Assembly (NCBI RefSeq): GCF_001194135.2
Contig: NC_068984.1
Span: forward strand, 122,404,078-122,449,514
DNA from: Octopus bimaculoides
Taxonomy: Eukaryota
DNA: 45,437 nt
Direction of reading: 5' to 3'
Of this stretch, positions 11,316 to 23,266 are shown piece after piece; positions within the stretch are counted from its first letter, which is position 1, and the number at the start of each line of letters is the position of its first letter. The notes under the pieces are model-generated. The model did not search any database. It was not told where the DNA came from and saw nothing but the letters and a program-made list of their open reading frames with translations. A program made the position numbers and the translations under genes.

Positions 11316-12250
11316 GCACATTTTCTCCTAGTAGCGCATTTTTCATACTAGATTTCGAGTCTAAGAAGGAACTTCTAGTCGATTCCGGAGCGTCCTGTAG
11401 TATATGGCCGTTCAAATTTGTTAAAGAAAAACTTTTCGCTTCTGATATATCTCTTCAAGCAGTCAAAAGTTCTTCTATTAAAACTTTTGGTGAGATTTCA
11501 CTCACACTGGACCTGGATCTCAGATAAAGTTTCCAGTGGGTTTTCATCATTGTGGACCTTCCTCACCCAATTTTAGGAGCTGATTTTCTCCACCATTTTT
11601 CACTATCAGTGGATGTCAAAAAAGAAAGACTTATTGATAGCAGTACACAGTTATGCGCATTAGGAAGATATTTCAGTTCCACTTCTGTCAGCCCACTATA
11701 TCAAGCCTTGCGTCAATCCTTTCCTGAATTAACAAATTTAACTTTCAATGTCAATGCTTCAACACATACAACTATTCATCATATAACCACCAATGGATCT
11801 CCCGTTTTCGCGCGTCCTAGACGTTTGCCACCTGAAAAACTCAAAGCTACTAAAGCAGAGTTCAGTCACAAGATTGGAATAATTCGTCCTTCAAAGAGTA
11901 ACTGGTCATCACCACTCCATTTAGTGAAAAAGAAATCTGGTGATTTTAGACCTACTGGTGACTATAGACGACTTAACGCTCTTACCATTCCAGATAGGTA
12001 TCCTAATCAACTATTCAAGATTTTGCATCTTCTCTGCATGGTTGCACTATTTTCTCAAAAATAGATTTGATACGAGAATACCATCAGATTCCTGTAAATC
12101 CAGATGATATTCCGAAAACGGCTATTGCAGCTCCATTCGGGTCATTTGAATTTCTTACCATGCCCTTTGGGCTAAGGAACGCCGCCAGTACTTTTCAACG
12201 TTTCATTGATGAAGTAATACGTGAATTAGATTTCGTCTACGCCTATATAT
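11316..12250 (+). pseudogene. Ty3/Gypsy (CsRN1-like) pol fragment: aspartic protease and N-terminal half of RT, disrupted
   Basis: LVDSGAS (DSG at 11381), [54 protein letters not shown] and [19 protein letters not shown]. Ends at YAYI*, where YxDD is expected. A frameshift separates the two ORFs. Confidence 0.93.
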
Positions 12251-13445
12251 GAACTCACAACGTAAAGAGCCGGAGATACGCGAAAGATGTTTTTGCATAT
12301 ATCTATGTGTGAAACAGCCACTCCGTCCCAAGTTTGTGAGTAGTACTCTAATGAAAGTTATTCCTGAGATTTGTAGAGGGTCAGATACCCATAGAGCTTA
12401 AGGGCCCTTGGGATGTAAAGGTTTGTCTTTGGGATGCAAATTTAGCAACGCGATCGTCAGAGATTGGGGGCTATGAATTTTAGCAACTTTGAAGGCGACA
12501 TTCTATTGCTCGTGTATAGTTCGCTGTGCAAAACTGTATCATTAATAAGTGTCGTGATTATGGCTTTGTGCCAATGAAAGAACCTGGACTGTCATGGCGT
12601 GAACATGCAGGTGAAGTGTAGATGTTGTCTGTGATAGAGAGTGCTACACTTTCTTAGGTGAACACCGAAACGCTTTCATTTCGTGCATTTGAACTCAAGA
12701 CGGATGAGTTAGCGGTCCAACACCTAAACGACTAGACCATTTCGTGTCTTGGTACAGAAATTGTAGGCAAGGATTGCTGAAGACTCTCCTACGCAAGATT
12801 TCGTCCTCTTGTGTCCATTTTGTTTCGAACTAAACAATTTGAACAAAACAATTCCGTTCAACCATATTATAAATGTTAACGTGACTATATTGAAACGGAT
12901 CGGTGAATTAGAACCACGTCTCAACACGTTACCTTCGTGAAAGCTACTTATGGCAGTAGAACTTTATTTTATGATCGGGCACCTCACTGCTGCCCTCTAG
13001 TTATAGCAGTAAGACAATAATAAACATCCGGGCTGAGGCTTCCCGATACGTACGTGTGCACTCACACATACACATCTACGTACGTGCATGCGTACCTACA
13101 AACATACATCATGCACACGTACGCATACACGAGGCACACAATTACATACATATATATCCTCAAGACATTTACAAACTGTCAGAGACCGGAAATATAATAA
13201 GCTGAGGCTAGAGCACACGGGAAATACAACTCATTCTTCTTCATCTGGAAATAATTACATATGTGTACGTATTCATAAACACACACACACACACACACAC
13301 AGACACACACACGCACGCACTCACATTACATAAATGCGTACACATACAGTTTTGCATCCATTTACATAAAAGCATGCATACGTCTTCACTCATAAATAAT
13401 CTAAATGTACGCATGCACACTTATTCATCTCTCTTAAACACGTTA

Positions 13446-13482
<37 letters not shown>

Positions 13483-14098
13483 GTCTACCTGTCTGTCTGT
13501 CTGTCTATCTTGTCTGTCTATTTGCCTGTCTGTCTACCGATCTATCTGTTTATCCGCCTACTTATCTACCTACCTATCTACGTACGTATGTACGTACGTA
13601 CGTACCTACCTAAATACATACACCCCCCACACACATACATACATACAAACACACACATACATACATACATACATACATACATGCATGCATGCATGCATAC
13701 ATACATACATACATACATACATACATACATACGTATCCTGGCCTCTATGAGTTTGCCGCCTCTGCTAAAAATAGCAGCCCCCATATCAAACCCTACCGTT
13801 TAAAGCAGAAGAAAATTAGAAGTAAAAACCAAAAAGACACTTTGGCTTATACCATATCTGAATAAAAATACAGGATGGTTATAAATAGAATGTCTTTGAT
13901 CAAAGGTCTATTTAATGAAGGCTAGTATAGGTGTTAATCATTGTTATTTTTGTCCACAGTGTAGACATAAGTACTGTAAATATACTCTCTAACGATGGGA
14001 TTAATAATCCGGAAAATTATAAACTTAATAATAATAATAGCTAAATGTCTCAGATATTTAGCCATTCCAAGAACCATTAGTTAATATTTGAGATGCTG

Positions 14099-14311
14099 AA
14101 GGCGGCGAGCTGGCAGAATCGTTAGCAAGTCGGTCAAAATGTTTAGCAGCATTTCGTTCGTCTTTACGTTCTGAGTTCATTTTCCGCCGAGGTCGGCTTA
14201 ACCTTTCATCCTCTTGGGGTCGATAAAATAAGTACCAGTTGAGTACTGGATTCGATGCAATCGACTTACCCCCTCTCCCGAATTTGTAGGCCTTGTGCCA
14301 AAATTTGAAAC
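14099..14311 (+). mobile_element. SINE family D, full length, 17-bp TSD
   Basis: GGCGGCGAGCTGGCAGAATCGTTAGC head. TAATATTTGAGATGCTG is duplicated at 14082-14098 and 14312-14328. Confidence 0.92.
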
Positions 14312-14583
14312 TAATATTTGAGATGCTGGAGTCGGAGGACTGTAACACAGTCCAATCGCTCAGTTGAAACGCTTTCGGAAAAACTTAAATCTACTGTGTA
14401 TCTGTATGTGTTGTTTACCTTTGTTCTCAAGTAAATGAAAGTACGAATGTGTAAATGTGTGTATGTGCATGTATGTTATTCACAGGATTTACCATTGTGC
14501 GCAAATGTCTGTTTAGGCGTGCGCATTTGTGTTTGTATGACAAGGATAGACAAGCAGATAGATAGATAGATAGATAGATAGAT

Positions 14584-14634
<51 letters not shown>

Positions 14635-15424
14635 NNNNNNNNNNNNNNNNNNNNNNNNNNNNNNNNNNNNNNNNNNNNNNNNNNNNNNNNNNNNNNNNNN
14701 NNNNNNNNNNNNNNNNNNNNNNNNNNNNNNNNNNNNNNNNNNNNNNNNNNNNNNNNNNNNNNNNNNNNNNNNNNNNNNNNNNNNNNNNNNNNNNNNNNNN
14801 NNNNNNNNNNNNNNNNNNNNNNNNNNNNNNNNNNNNNNNNNNNNNNNNNNNNNNNNNNNNNNNNNNNNNNNNNNNNNNNNNNNNNNNNNNNNNNNNNNNN
14901 NNNNNNNNNNNNNNNNNNNNNNNNNNNNNNNNNNNNNNNNNNNNNNNNNNNNNNNNNNNNNNNNNNNNNNNNNNNNNNNNNNNNNNNNNNNNNNNNNNNN
15001 NNNNNNNNNNNNNNNNNNNNNNNNNNNNNNNNNNNNNNNNNNNNNNNNNNNNNNNNNNNNNNNNNNNNNNNNNNNNNNNNNNNNNNNNNNNNNNNNNNNN
15101 NNNNNNNNNNNNNNNNNNNNNNNNNNNNNNNNNNNNNNNNNNNNNNNNNNNNNNNNNNNNNNNNNNNNNNNNNNNNNNNNNNNNNNNNNNNNNNNNNNNN
15201 NNNNNNNNNNNNNNNNNNNNNNNNNNNNNNNNNNNNNNNNNNNNNNNNNNNNNNNNNNNNNNNNNNNNNATCTGCAACTGAGGATTTCTTTGTCTGTTTG
15301 ATTTACCTGTTGCATATTTGAGAAGTCAGCTCTTCTCTTCCTGATTCTTATGCTCTCACTCCCTCACTCCCATTCATTACACTCACTCAATCACATACTT
15401 CATATACTTCTGCTTAATATCCGT

Positions 15425-15796
15425 TTATGAAACATGCGGTATGACCCGCAGACCCTTACCAAGAAGGGAGTGCTCAGTTTCGGGGTGAGGTAAGTTGAGG
15501 GTGTGTGTGAGAGAGTGACAAGAGCAAGCGCAGGGGCTGGTTGATATGGGGCTCGAGGAGAATGGAATAGTTGCAAGCGGATGGGACTGGGCAGAATGAA
15601 TGATGATGAGGGTAAGACGGAAAGAGTGAAAGATAGAGGCGGAGGAAGTGGAAGTGAGTAAAGATAGGTACAGGAATGGGAAGAGGGACAGAAAGAATAG
15701 GGTTGAGAAGAATAGGAGATGGGAATAAGGGTTGGGGCATTGGTGAGTGACTGCTTTGGAAAGGTGGAACAGGGGAGTGATTGAAATTTGCGTATC
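15425..15796 (-). mobile_element. Possible Penelope-like ORF N-terminal remnant
   Basis: Start-less open frame ending LNLPHPETEHSLLGKGLRVIP, resembling the NLSxxxLxxxExSLLxKGLxFxP motif of PLE ORFs. The rest is CT-rich low complexity. Confidence 0.3.
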
Positions 15797-15869
15797 TTAA
15801 TAGAGTTGACAAAGTGAAAAAGTAGACTGTTAAGGTGAGAAATAAAGGGGAGGATAATAAATGCTAACG

Positions 15870-16065
15870 ATTATGTTTAATCCAAGTCGAATAAATCCTC
15901 CCTAAATCTGTCCATGGTGTGGCCGTCCATATTGCATCAAATTGCCAAACCGTCATCTCTGTACAATCCTGAGCCACGGAGAATGGTCACTTCCTGAAAT
16001 TGTCACAGATGAATAATCGCGCGAAATCTGATACTTTAGCCCCCGCGAAGACAGTGGAAAATGCA
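15870..16065 (-). pseudogene. Penelope-like element reverse transcriptase fragment
   Basis: Minus translation FAGAKVSDFARLFICDNF (frameshift) GLYRDDGLAI*CNMDGHTMDRFREDLF matches the PLE pattern FDGAEVC.LVGLFIL...GLYRDDGL. Confidence 0.8.
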
Positions 16066-16066
16066 T

Positions 16067-16165
<99 letters not shown>

Positions 16166-16404
16166 CTACTTAGAGTTCGGTGGAATCTATCATTCTAAAA
16201 TTCCTGCTTACGACCGGTTTATTTTTGAGACAGCATAATATCAATGAGTGATTATGTTTCGGATCTATTCTGATGAGGTGCCCGAAGACTTTCGTAGGTT
16301 TCTGTAGGTGCATTCGGCAGCTGCTTATTGTTGAATAGCCAGCAGGGCTACCACATGCAGGTGACGAAGTTTCAGTCGATTATATTGATCTCATCGTTAT
16401 CGTA

Positions 16405-16610
16405 TTCTTTTCTACTCTGGGCACAAGGCCCCAAATTTTGGGGGTCGATTAGACTGACCCCAGTACGTAACTGGTACTTAATTCATCGACCCCGGAAAGA
16501 TGAAAGGCAAAGTCAACCTCGGCAGAATTTGAACTCAGAGCATAAAGATAGACGAAATACCGCTAAGCATTTTGCCCGGCGTGCTAACGTTTCTGCCAGC
16601 TCGCCGCCTT
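16405..16610 (-). mobile_element. SINE family D, full length
   Basis: Reverse complement of the GGCGGCGAGCTGGCAGAAACGTTAGC head plus central and tail regions. A more degenerate copy follows at about 16645-16845. Confidence 0.9.
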
Positions 16611-17050
16611 CTCATCATTCACCATAATCATAACCGATATATATCGATTTCTAACATAGGTACAATGCCATAATTTTGAGGAGAGGATGTGGTTGAATAG
16701 ATCGCCTCTACTATTTAACTGGTAATTATTTTATCGATCCTAGAATAAAAGAGTAAAATTTGAAAAAAAGTACGTAAAAACATCGTAACTAGATACGACA
16801 AATTAATTATTTCCGACGCTCTAACGATTTTGTCAACCCCCACCAGTTTTATGGCTCTTCTCCTATACTTATTGACAAGCTATCCACGCGGTTTCATATA
16901 CAGCATCGTAATTCATATTAAGATGCATGTGATGGCTTCCGTATGCTTGGCTTAATTTAAACTCAGATAATAATACAGAATATGGGAATAAAGTGATTAT
17001 CAGAACAAAGGCTGTTGGTGTAGTTTTACGAAGGAGAATTTCTCATGCGT

Positions 17051-17096
<46 letters not shown>

Positions 17097-17170
17097 TTCA
17101 AAATGTGACCGCGTGTGTATCGTTGGCGATATTTTTTTCTCCGTGTTCCCTTCTTTGGACTTTTTCTATA

Positions 17171-17203
17171 TTTCTGATGAAGAGCTTCGCTCGAAACGTG
17201 AAA
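17171..17203 (+). ncRNA. Minimal type I hammerhead ribozyme motif, probably inactive (GUG triplet), in a PLE-terminal-like fragment (17096-17262)
   Basis: TTT-CTGATGA-A-GAGC-TTC-GCTC-GAAA-CGT-G-AAA: intact core, 4-bp stem II, loopless ACGU stem III and 3-bp stem I. Confidence 0.7.
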
Positions 17204-17263
17204 CCCTCTTTCTTTTCTTTCCTTTCCTGAGCGTCCACTAACACAGTACTTGTACTACGTCCT

Positions 17264-17562
17264 GGCGTTGTGAGTGTTTATTGAACAAAAACACCTAAAG
17301 CCACGTGGCAGGGAGGGGTGGCGAACCCTGCTGTACTCTTTCACCACAACTTTCTCTCACTCTTTCTTCCTGTTTCTGTTGTACCTGCATTTCAAAGGGC
17401 CAACCTTGTCACGCTCTGTGTCACGCTGAATTTCCTCAAGAACTACGTTAAGGGTACACGTGTCTGTGGAGCGCTCAGCCACTTGCACGTTAATTTCACG
17501 AGCAGGCTGTTCCGTTGATCGGATCAACTGGAACCCTCGTCGTTGTAACCGACGGAGCGTCA
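17264..17562 (+). mobile_element. SINE family B, 5'-truncated
   Basis: Starts at GGCGTTGTGAGTGTTTATTG and is collinear with the other B copies to the tail. Confidence 0.9.
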
Positions 17563-17565
17563 CGA

Positions 17566-17599
<34 letters not shown>

Positions 17600-17632
17600 C
17601 TTACATATATGTGTGTATATATTCCTATCTTC

Positions 17633-17706
<74 letters not shown>

Positions 17707-18438
17707 GTCTATAAGTGTCTGCGTGTCCGTGTGTCTGGGTGTTTGTGTGTGCATGTACATATATGTTTGTATGTGTGTATTCATGTATGTATGAATGCTG
17801 GAATGGTCGATGGATGGATGGATGGAATGATGGAAGAATGTATGCATACATATATGTATACGTAGCCGTCACTTATAGATGCCTCGTTTGTCGTCGTCTC
17901 GTTATAATGTGGATGTGAAATAATATGAAACCAAATATAGTAAAATTCAAATTAGCACGAGAGAGAGAGATGGGAAAGGGAGTGGGACAAAGTGTTAGAG
18001 AAAAGGAGAGAGAGGAGAGAGAGGCAGGTATACACAAAACAGGTTTATAATGAGTAAATATAACTACTACAAAAGATTATACAAACAGAAGAATGCGTGA
18101 CAATAAACCTTGGAAATGTTCTGTCATTAGCTTATTGTGTCTAGTAATCTTCCTTAAATATAATGTAACACTCGTATATTTCAATGTTTAAGTTGATGAC
18201 ATTGTTTTTATCAATATGCTGTAGAATATACTGAAGGAATGTAATTTTTGTTTCTACCATTTAATCTATGCTAAAGATGGTTTCGCTTTACGTCGTTTCA
18301 TTTTACGTCGTTTCACTTTGCGTCGCCTTTCTCAAAAATACATGAACAGCGTTAAACGAGGATACTTAAGTACGTACGTACGTATGTATGTATGTATGTA
18401 TGTATGTATGTATGTATGTATGTATGTATGTATGTGTG

Positions 18439-18474
<36 letters not shown>

Positions 18475-18716
18475 TGTATGTNNNNNNNNNNNNNNNNNNN
18501 NNNNNNNNNNNNNNNNNNNNNNNNNNNNNNNNNNNNNNNNNNNNNNNNNNNNNNNNNNNNNNNNNNNNNNNNNNNNNNNNNNNNNNNNNNNNNNNNNNNN
18601 NNNNNNNNNNNNNNNNNNNNNNNNNNNNNNNNNNNNNNNNNNNNNNNNNNNNNNNNNNNNNNNNNNNNNNNNNNNNNNNNNNNNNNNNNNNNNNNNNNNN
18701 NNNNNNNNNNNNNNNN

Positions 18717-18775
<59 letters not shown>

Positions 18776-19614
18776 TATATATATATATATAGTGTGTGTG
18801 TATGTATATATGCATGTACATACAAATATTTATATGTATGTATCTATGTATATATATGTGTGTATGTGTGTGTGTTAGTGTATGTGTATGAGCGTACGTG
18901 TCTGTATCTGGTTTGTGTGTGGCCAGTTTCTATGTACGTCCCTACGATGTGAACAAGTCCTTATAGACACACGTGCATACATACATACATACATACATAC
19001 ATACATACATACATACATACAAGCATACAAGCGTATGTAGATATATACTTACATCATACAGACATAAACATATGAATCATACATACATACATATATACAT
19101 ACACACATACATACATTTTCATTTTGTCTGTTCGTCTTCTCTAGCAGCAGTTCCAGCCCGCTACTGGTGCACATTGCCTAGCACACGCTCTGCCTGCCTG
19201 CCTGCTTGCCTGCCTGCCTGTCTGCCTGCCTGCCTGCCTGCTTGTCTGCCCTTTCGTCTGTCTGTCTATCTGTTTGTCTGTGTATCTCTTTCTTTCTTTC
19301 TTTCTTTGATCCATTCTCTCCCCCCTCTCTCCCCCTCTCTCAAACACACACACACACACGCCCAGAACTATGCACACTATTAATGCAACAAGCGATTACG
19401 TGAGTGTATCTGTTTGCCTTGTTGGCCTCAATGTACGTACAATAGACGCTCATCAGGTCACGTGATATACTGCCATTTATAGTAAATACTTTTACACACA
19501 ATACCTGTAGTTTCACTGTTACGTATCTTTAATAATACATGTTTCATATAAATGTTTGTTTAGATGTGAATGTGTACATGCATGCGTTTGTGTTTGTTCG
19601 TTTGTTTGTTTTGT

Positions 19615-19659
<45 letters not shown>

Positions 19660-20016
19660 TTTGTTTTGTATGACTGCGTATTGAAAAGCATACACAACCG
19701 AATAGTTGTGAAATTTAGCTTCGCAGTCATATATATATATATATATAACATTGCGTGAGAAATTGACGACAAGTTCAGACATTTTAGTTCCTTGTTAATG
19801 ACATTAGGTAGACAAAAATGGCATGAAAACTGGTATACCTATAACGGGAAGGGTCCAGCCTTGTCACGCATGTTTAGAATCACTTTTATTCTATACGAGT
19901 ATTATTGGGTTAAGAGAACAAATGCCTAGCGTTCTTATATAGTCTAATATAGTATGCATGTATGTATGTATGTATGTATGTATGTATGTATGTATGTATG
20001 TATGTATGTATGTATG

Positions 20017-20073
<57 letters not shown>

Positions 20074-20454
20074 AAGCATGCATGTAAGCAGCTGTACCAT
20101 TCTTATACTGTTACAAGGTCTGAAATTTATTATTCTAATAATTTTTATTCTAATAATTGATGTTGCCATCCAACGTAGTTGTTCCGTACAGAACAATGTT
20201 ACTACTCTTTTTAACCCCAGGAGGACACCTCCTCCAGTTGGTTAACGACACAATATCTGTGTCCGTTATATTGCAAACAAGGGAGCGAAGAACCCCAATC
20301 CAGCATCGACAGGACCAGTTGACCAGAACTGGTTTCAGGGTCTTGCCCTTTCTCAGTACTGGACATCTGTCTGCTAGACATGACAGTCGTTCGTTCCATT
20401 GCATCTTTTATAGAAATTTTAAAACTAGCTACTTTGCTTATTCTAATAATTATT

Positions 20455-20548
20455 ATTCTAATATAGTTACTAGGTCTGAAAATCTGGTTTAGTTGATTAC
20501 ATTAACTCTAGTACTCAACTGATATGTATTTTATCGACTCCCGAAAAG
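20455..20548 (-). mobile_element. SINE family D tail fragment running into a gap
   Basis: GATTACATTAACTCTAGTACTCAACTG...TTTTATCGAC matches family D. Confidence 0.6.
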
Positions 20549-21592
20549 NNNNNNNNNNNNNNNNNNNNNNNNNNNNNNNNNNNNNNNNNNNNNNNNNNNN
20601 NNNNNNNNNNNNNNNNNNNNNNNNNNNNNNNNNNNNNNNNNNNNNNNNNNNNNNNNNNNNNNNNNNNNNNNNNNNNNNNNNNNNNNNNNNNNNNNNNNNN
20701 NNNNNNNNNNNNNNNNNNNNNNNNNNNNNNNNNNNNNNNNNNNNNNNNNNNNNNNNNNNNNNNNNNNNNNNNNNNNNNNNNNNNNNNNNNNNNNNNNNNN
20801 NNNNNNNNNNNNNNNNNNNNNNNNNNNNNNNNNNNNNNNNNNNNNNNNNNNNNNNNNNNNNNNNNNNNNNNNNNNNNNNNNNNNNNNNNNNNNNNNNNNN
20901 NNNNNNNNNNNNNNNNNNNNNNNNNNNNNNNNNNNNNNNNNNNNNNNNNNNNNNNNNNNNNNNNNNNNNNNNNNNNNNNNNNNNNNNNNNNNNNNNNNNN
21001 NNNNNNNNNNNNNNNNNNNNNNNNNNNNNNNNNNNNNNNNNNNNNNNNNNNNNNNNNNNNNNNNNNNNNNNNNNNNNNNNNNNNNNNNNNNNNNNNNNNN
21101 NNNNNNNNNNNNNNNNNNNNNNNNNNNNNNNNNNNNNNNNNNNNNNNNNNNNTATATATATATATATATATATGATAAATTACAATGACACAAATTTATT
21201 TCTTATGTTCCTACGTACGTTTCACCATTGTGGTTGTTTGGAACTCTGTATTGGATGTTCCAAGCGCAAATGACTGCTTAATCAAAACGGATCATCATTT
21301 CAACATTATGTTACAGAGAACGTCTTCTACATTTATATCATAGCCAGTAGTACTTCATGGTAGCTTAAACACTATGCTGGAAGCAGACTGGACAATGATA
21401 ATCTACGTAGGGGTGTAAACTTAATGGTAGCAGTCGTAAACCATTTGTATGTACATGATACACTCTATATTCATACATACATACATACATACATACATAC
21501 ATACAGACAGACAGACAGACAGACAGGCAGACAGACATACATACATGCATACATATATATATTTGCATATGCATATACATATATATATATAC

Positions 21593-21625
<33 letters not shown>

Positions 21626-22132
21626 CATATATATATGTATGTATGTATGTATGTAAGCGTGTGTGTATACACACGCACGTACCCACACACACACATCTAC
21701 TGCGACTCCATACATACATACATACATACATACATACATACATACATACATACGCACGTACGTACGTACGCACCTTGGATTCGTGCGTGAGCTGTAAATC
21801 ACATTAAGCTTCGAAAGCTATGCATTTGCAATCCAAGAGCAAGAGATAGCTACAATATATGAAACAAACAAACAAACAAACAAACAAAATAGACAGTGAA
21901 GCCCTTGGTGCCCTAAGACGCAACTGAAAACGTCAATTGTGTCACATTTCTCTGGAAGACAGCACATTTGTGATTAGAAGTTGGCCAGAAAATGTCTTCA
22001 AGGTACTATCTTCCAATCTGACATGACGTTGACGTTAAAACAGTATACAATACCATCCGAAAAAAAAAAAAAAGATTGTTCTGTAATTAATATAGACAGT
22101 CCTCCTATTTTTGAATACATATATAAGTATCA

Positions 22133-22527
22133 TGGTGGAGGTGCAATGGCCCAGTGGTTAGGGCAGCGGACTCGCGGTCATAGGATCGTGGTTTCAATTC
22201 CCAGACCGGGCGTTGTGAGTGTTTATTGAGCGAAAACACCTAAAAGCTCCACAAGGCTCCAGCAGAGGATGGTGGCAAACCCTGCTGTACTCTTCCACCA
22301 CAACTTTCTCTCACTCTTACTTCCTGTTTCTGTCGTACCTGTAATTCAAAGGGGTTCAGCCTTGTCACACTGTGTCACGCTGAATATCCCCGAGGACTAC
22401 GTTAAGGGTACACGTGTCTGTGGAGTGCTCAGCCACTTGCACGTTAATTTCACGAGCAGGCTGTTCCGTTGATCGGATCAACCGGAACCCTCGACGTCGT
22501 AAGCGACGGAGTGCCAACAACAACAAC
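22133..22527 (+). mobile_element. SINE family B, full length, 12-bp TSD
   Basis: A/B boxes and (CAA)n tail. ATATAAGTATCA is duplicated at 22121-22132 and 22528-22539. Confidence 0.95.
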
Positions 22528-22795
22528 ATATAAGTATCAATACAAAGAATGTTGGAATAATATTCCTACTAAAATTTGTACCAAGTGCAAACATAAATGA
22601 CTGGGTTTCGTTGTTTGAGACAGACAAGAAAAAGTAAGTACATTAAAGAGGACAGGAGCGCTACTAATGTGAATACTTCTTTGCAAAATCAAAGAGAAAG
22701 AGAGTAACTATGGAGTACTGTTTCGAACACTTCAGCCTCTATACCCAGATTATAAATTCACAATTATACCAATAATAATTGGTGCACTTGGTTTA

Positions 22796-23092
22796 CAGGG
22801 TGTCCACAAAGACTGGATACATGGAGTAAATAAAATCATAACATAAACAATTACATATAAGAAATAATAATTTCTTAAAGCATGTGTTAATCCCCATGTG
22901 GGTATATGGAGTAAATAAAATCATTACATGAACAATTAAATATAAGAAATAATAATTTCTTAAAGCACGTGTTAATCCCCATGTGGGTACATGGAGTAAA
23001 TAAAATCATAACATAAACAATTAAATATAAGAAATGATAATTTCTTAAAGTATGTGTTAATCCCCATGTACCTAGACTTTGTGGACACCCTG
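22796..23092. mobile_element. Tc1/mariner-type MITE with three internal 85-bp tandem repeats
   Basis: TA on both sides. 29-bp TIR CAGGGTGTCCACAAAGWCTRGRTACATGG (3 mismatches). Units start at 22818, 22903 and 22988. Confidence 0.95.
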
Positions 23093-23151
23093 TAGAAAAG
23101 CTAGGGTCTTCAGGAAAAAGATATCAACCAGCTAGCACGCACATTATAAAT

Positions 23152-23266
23152 TGTTATATCGCACGTTCGGATGACCTCTGCTCAACTATTACGACGTCTA
23201 GACTTCTTCCTCTATATCTACGTATTGGGTTGGCCTACTTCATCGTCTGGGGGCGTCGACACAACA
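23152..23266 (-). mobile_element. Very short solo LTR-like element (115 bp)
   Basis: Minus strand TGTTGTGTCGACGCCCCCAGACG...GATATAACA with TAAAT/CAAAT flanks. The R4-like frame resumes correctly after it. Confidence 0.75.

Noticed and set aside
13160-13250. Minus-strand AG...GT-bounded segment starting ATGAAGAAG
   Set aside because: All three frames stop before the donor.
18280-18370. Direct repeats TTTACGTCGTTTCA and a pogo/Tigger-like end (AACAGCGTTAAACGAGGATAC)
   Set aside because: Only one candidate terminus is visible and no partner TIR was found.
21959-22002. Small exon candidate DSTFVIRSWPENVFK with AAG|GTAC
   Set aside because: It lies within the CCHC region of the R4-like LINE relic.
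22818-23070. CRISPR-like appearance of regularly spaced repeats
   Set aside because: The units are contiguous tandem copies with no unique spacers, inside a eukaryotic MITE.
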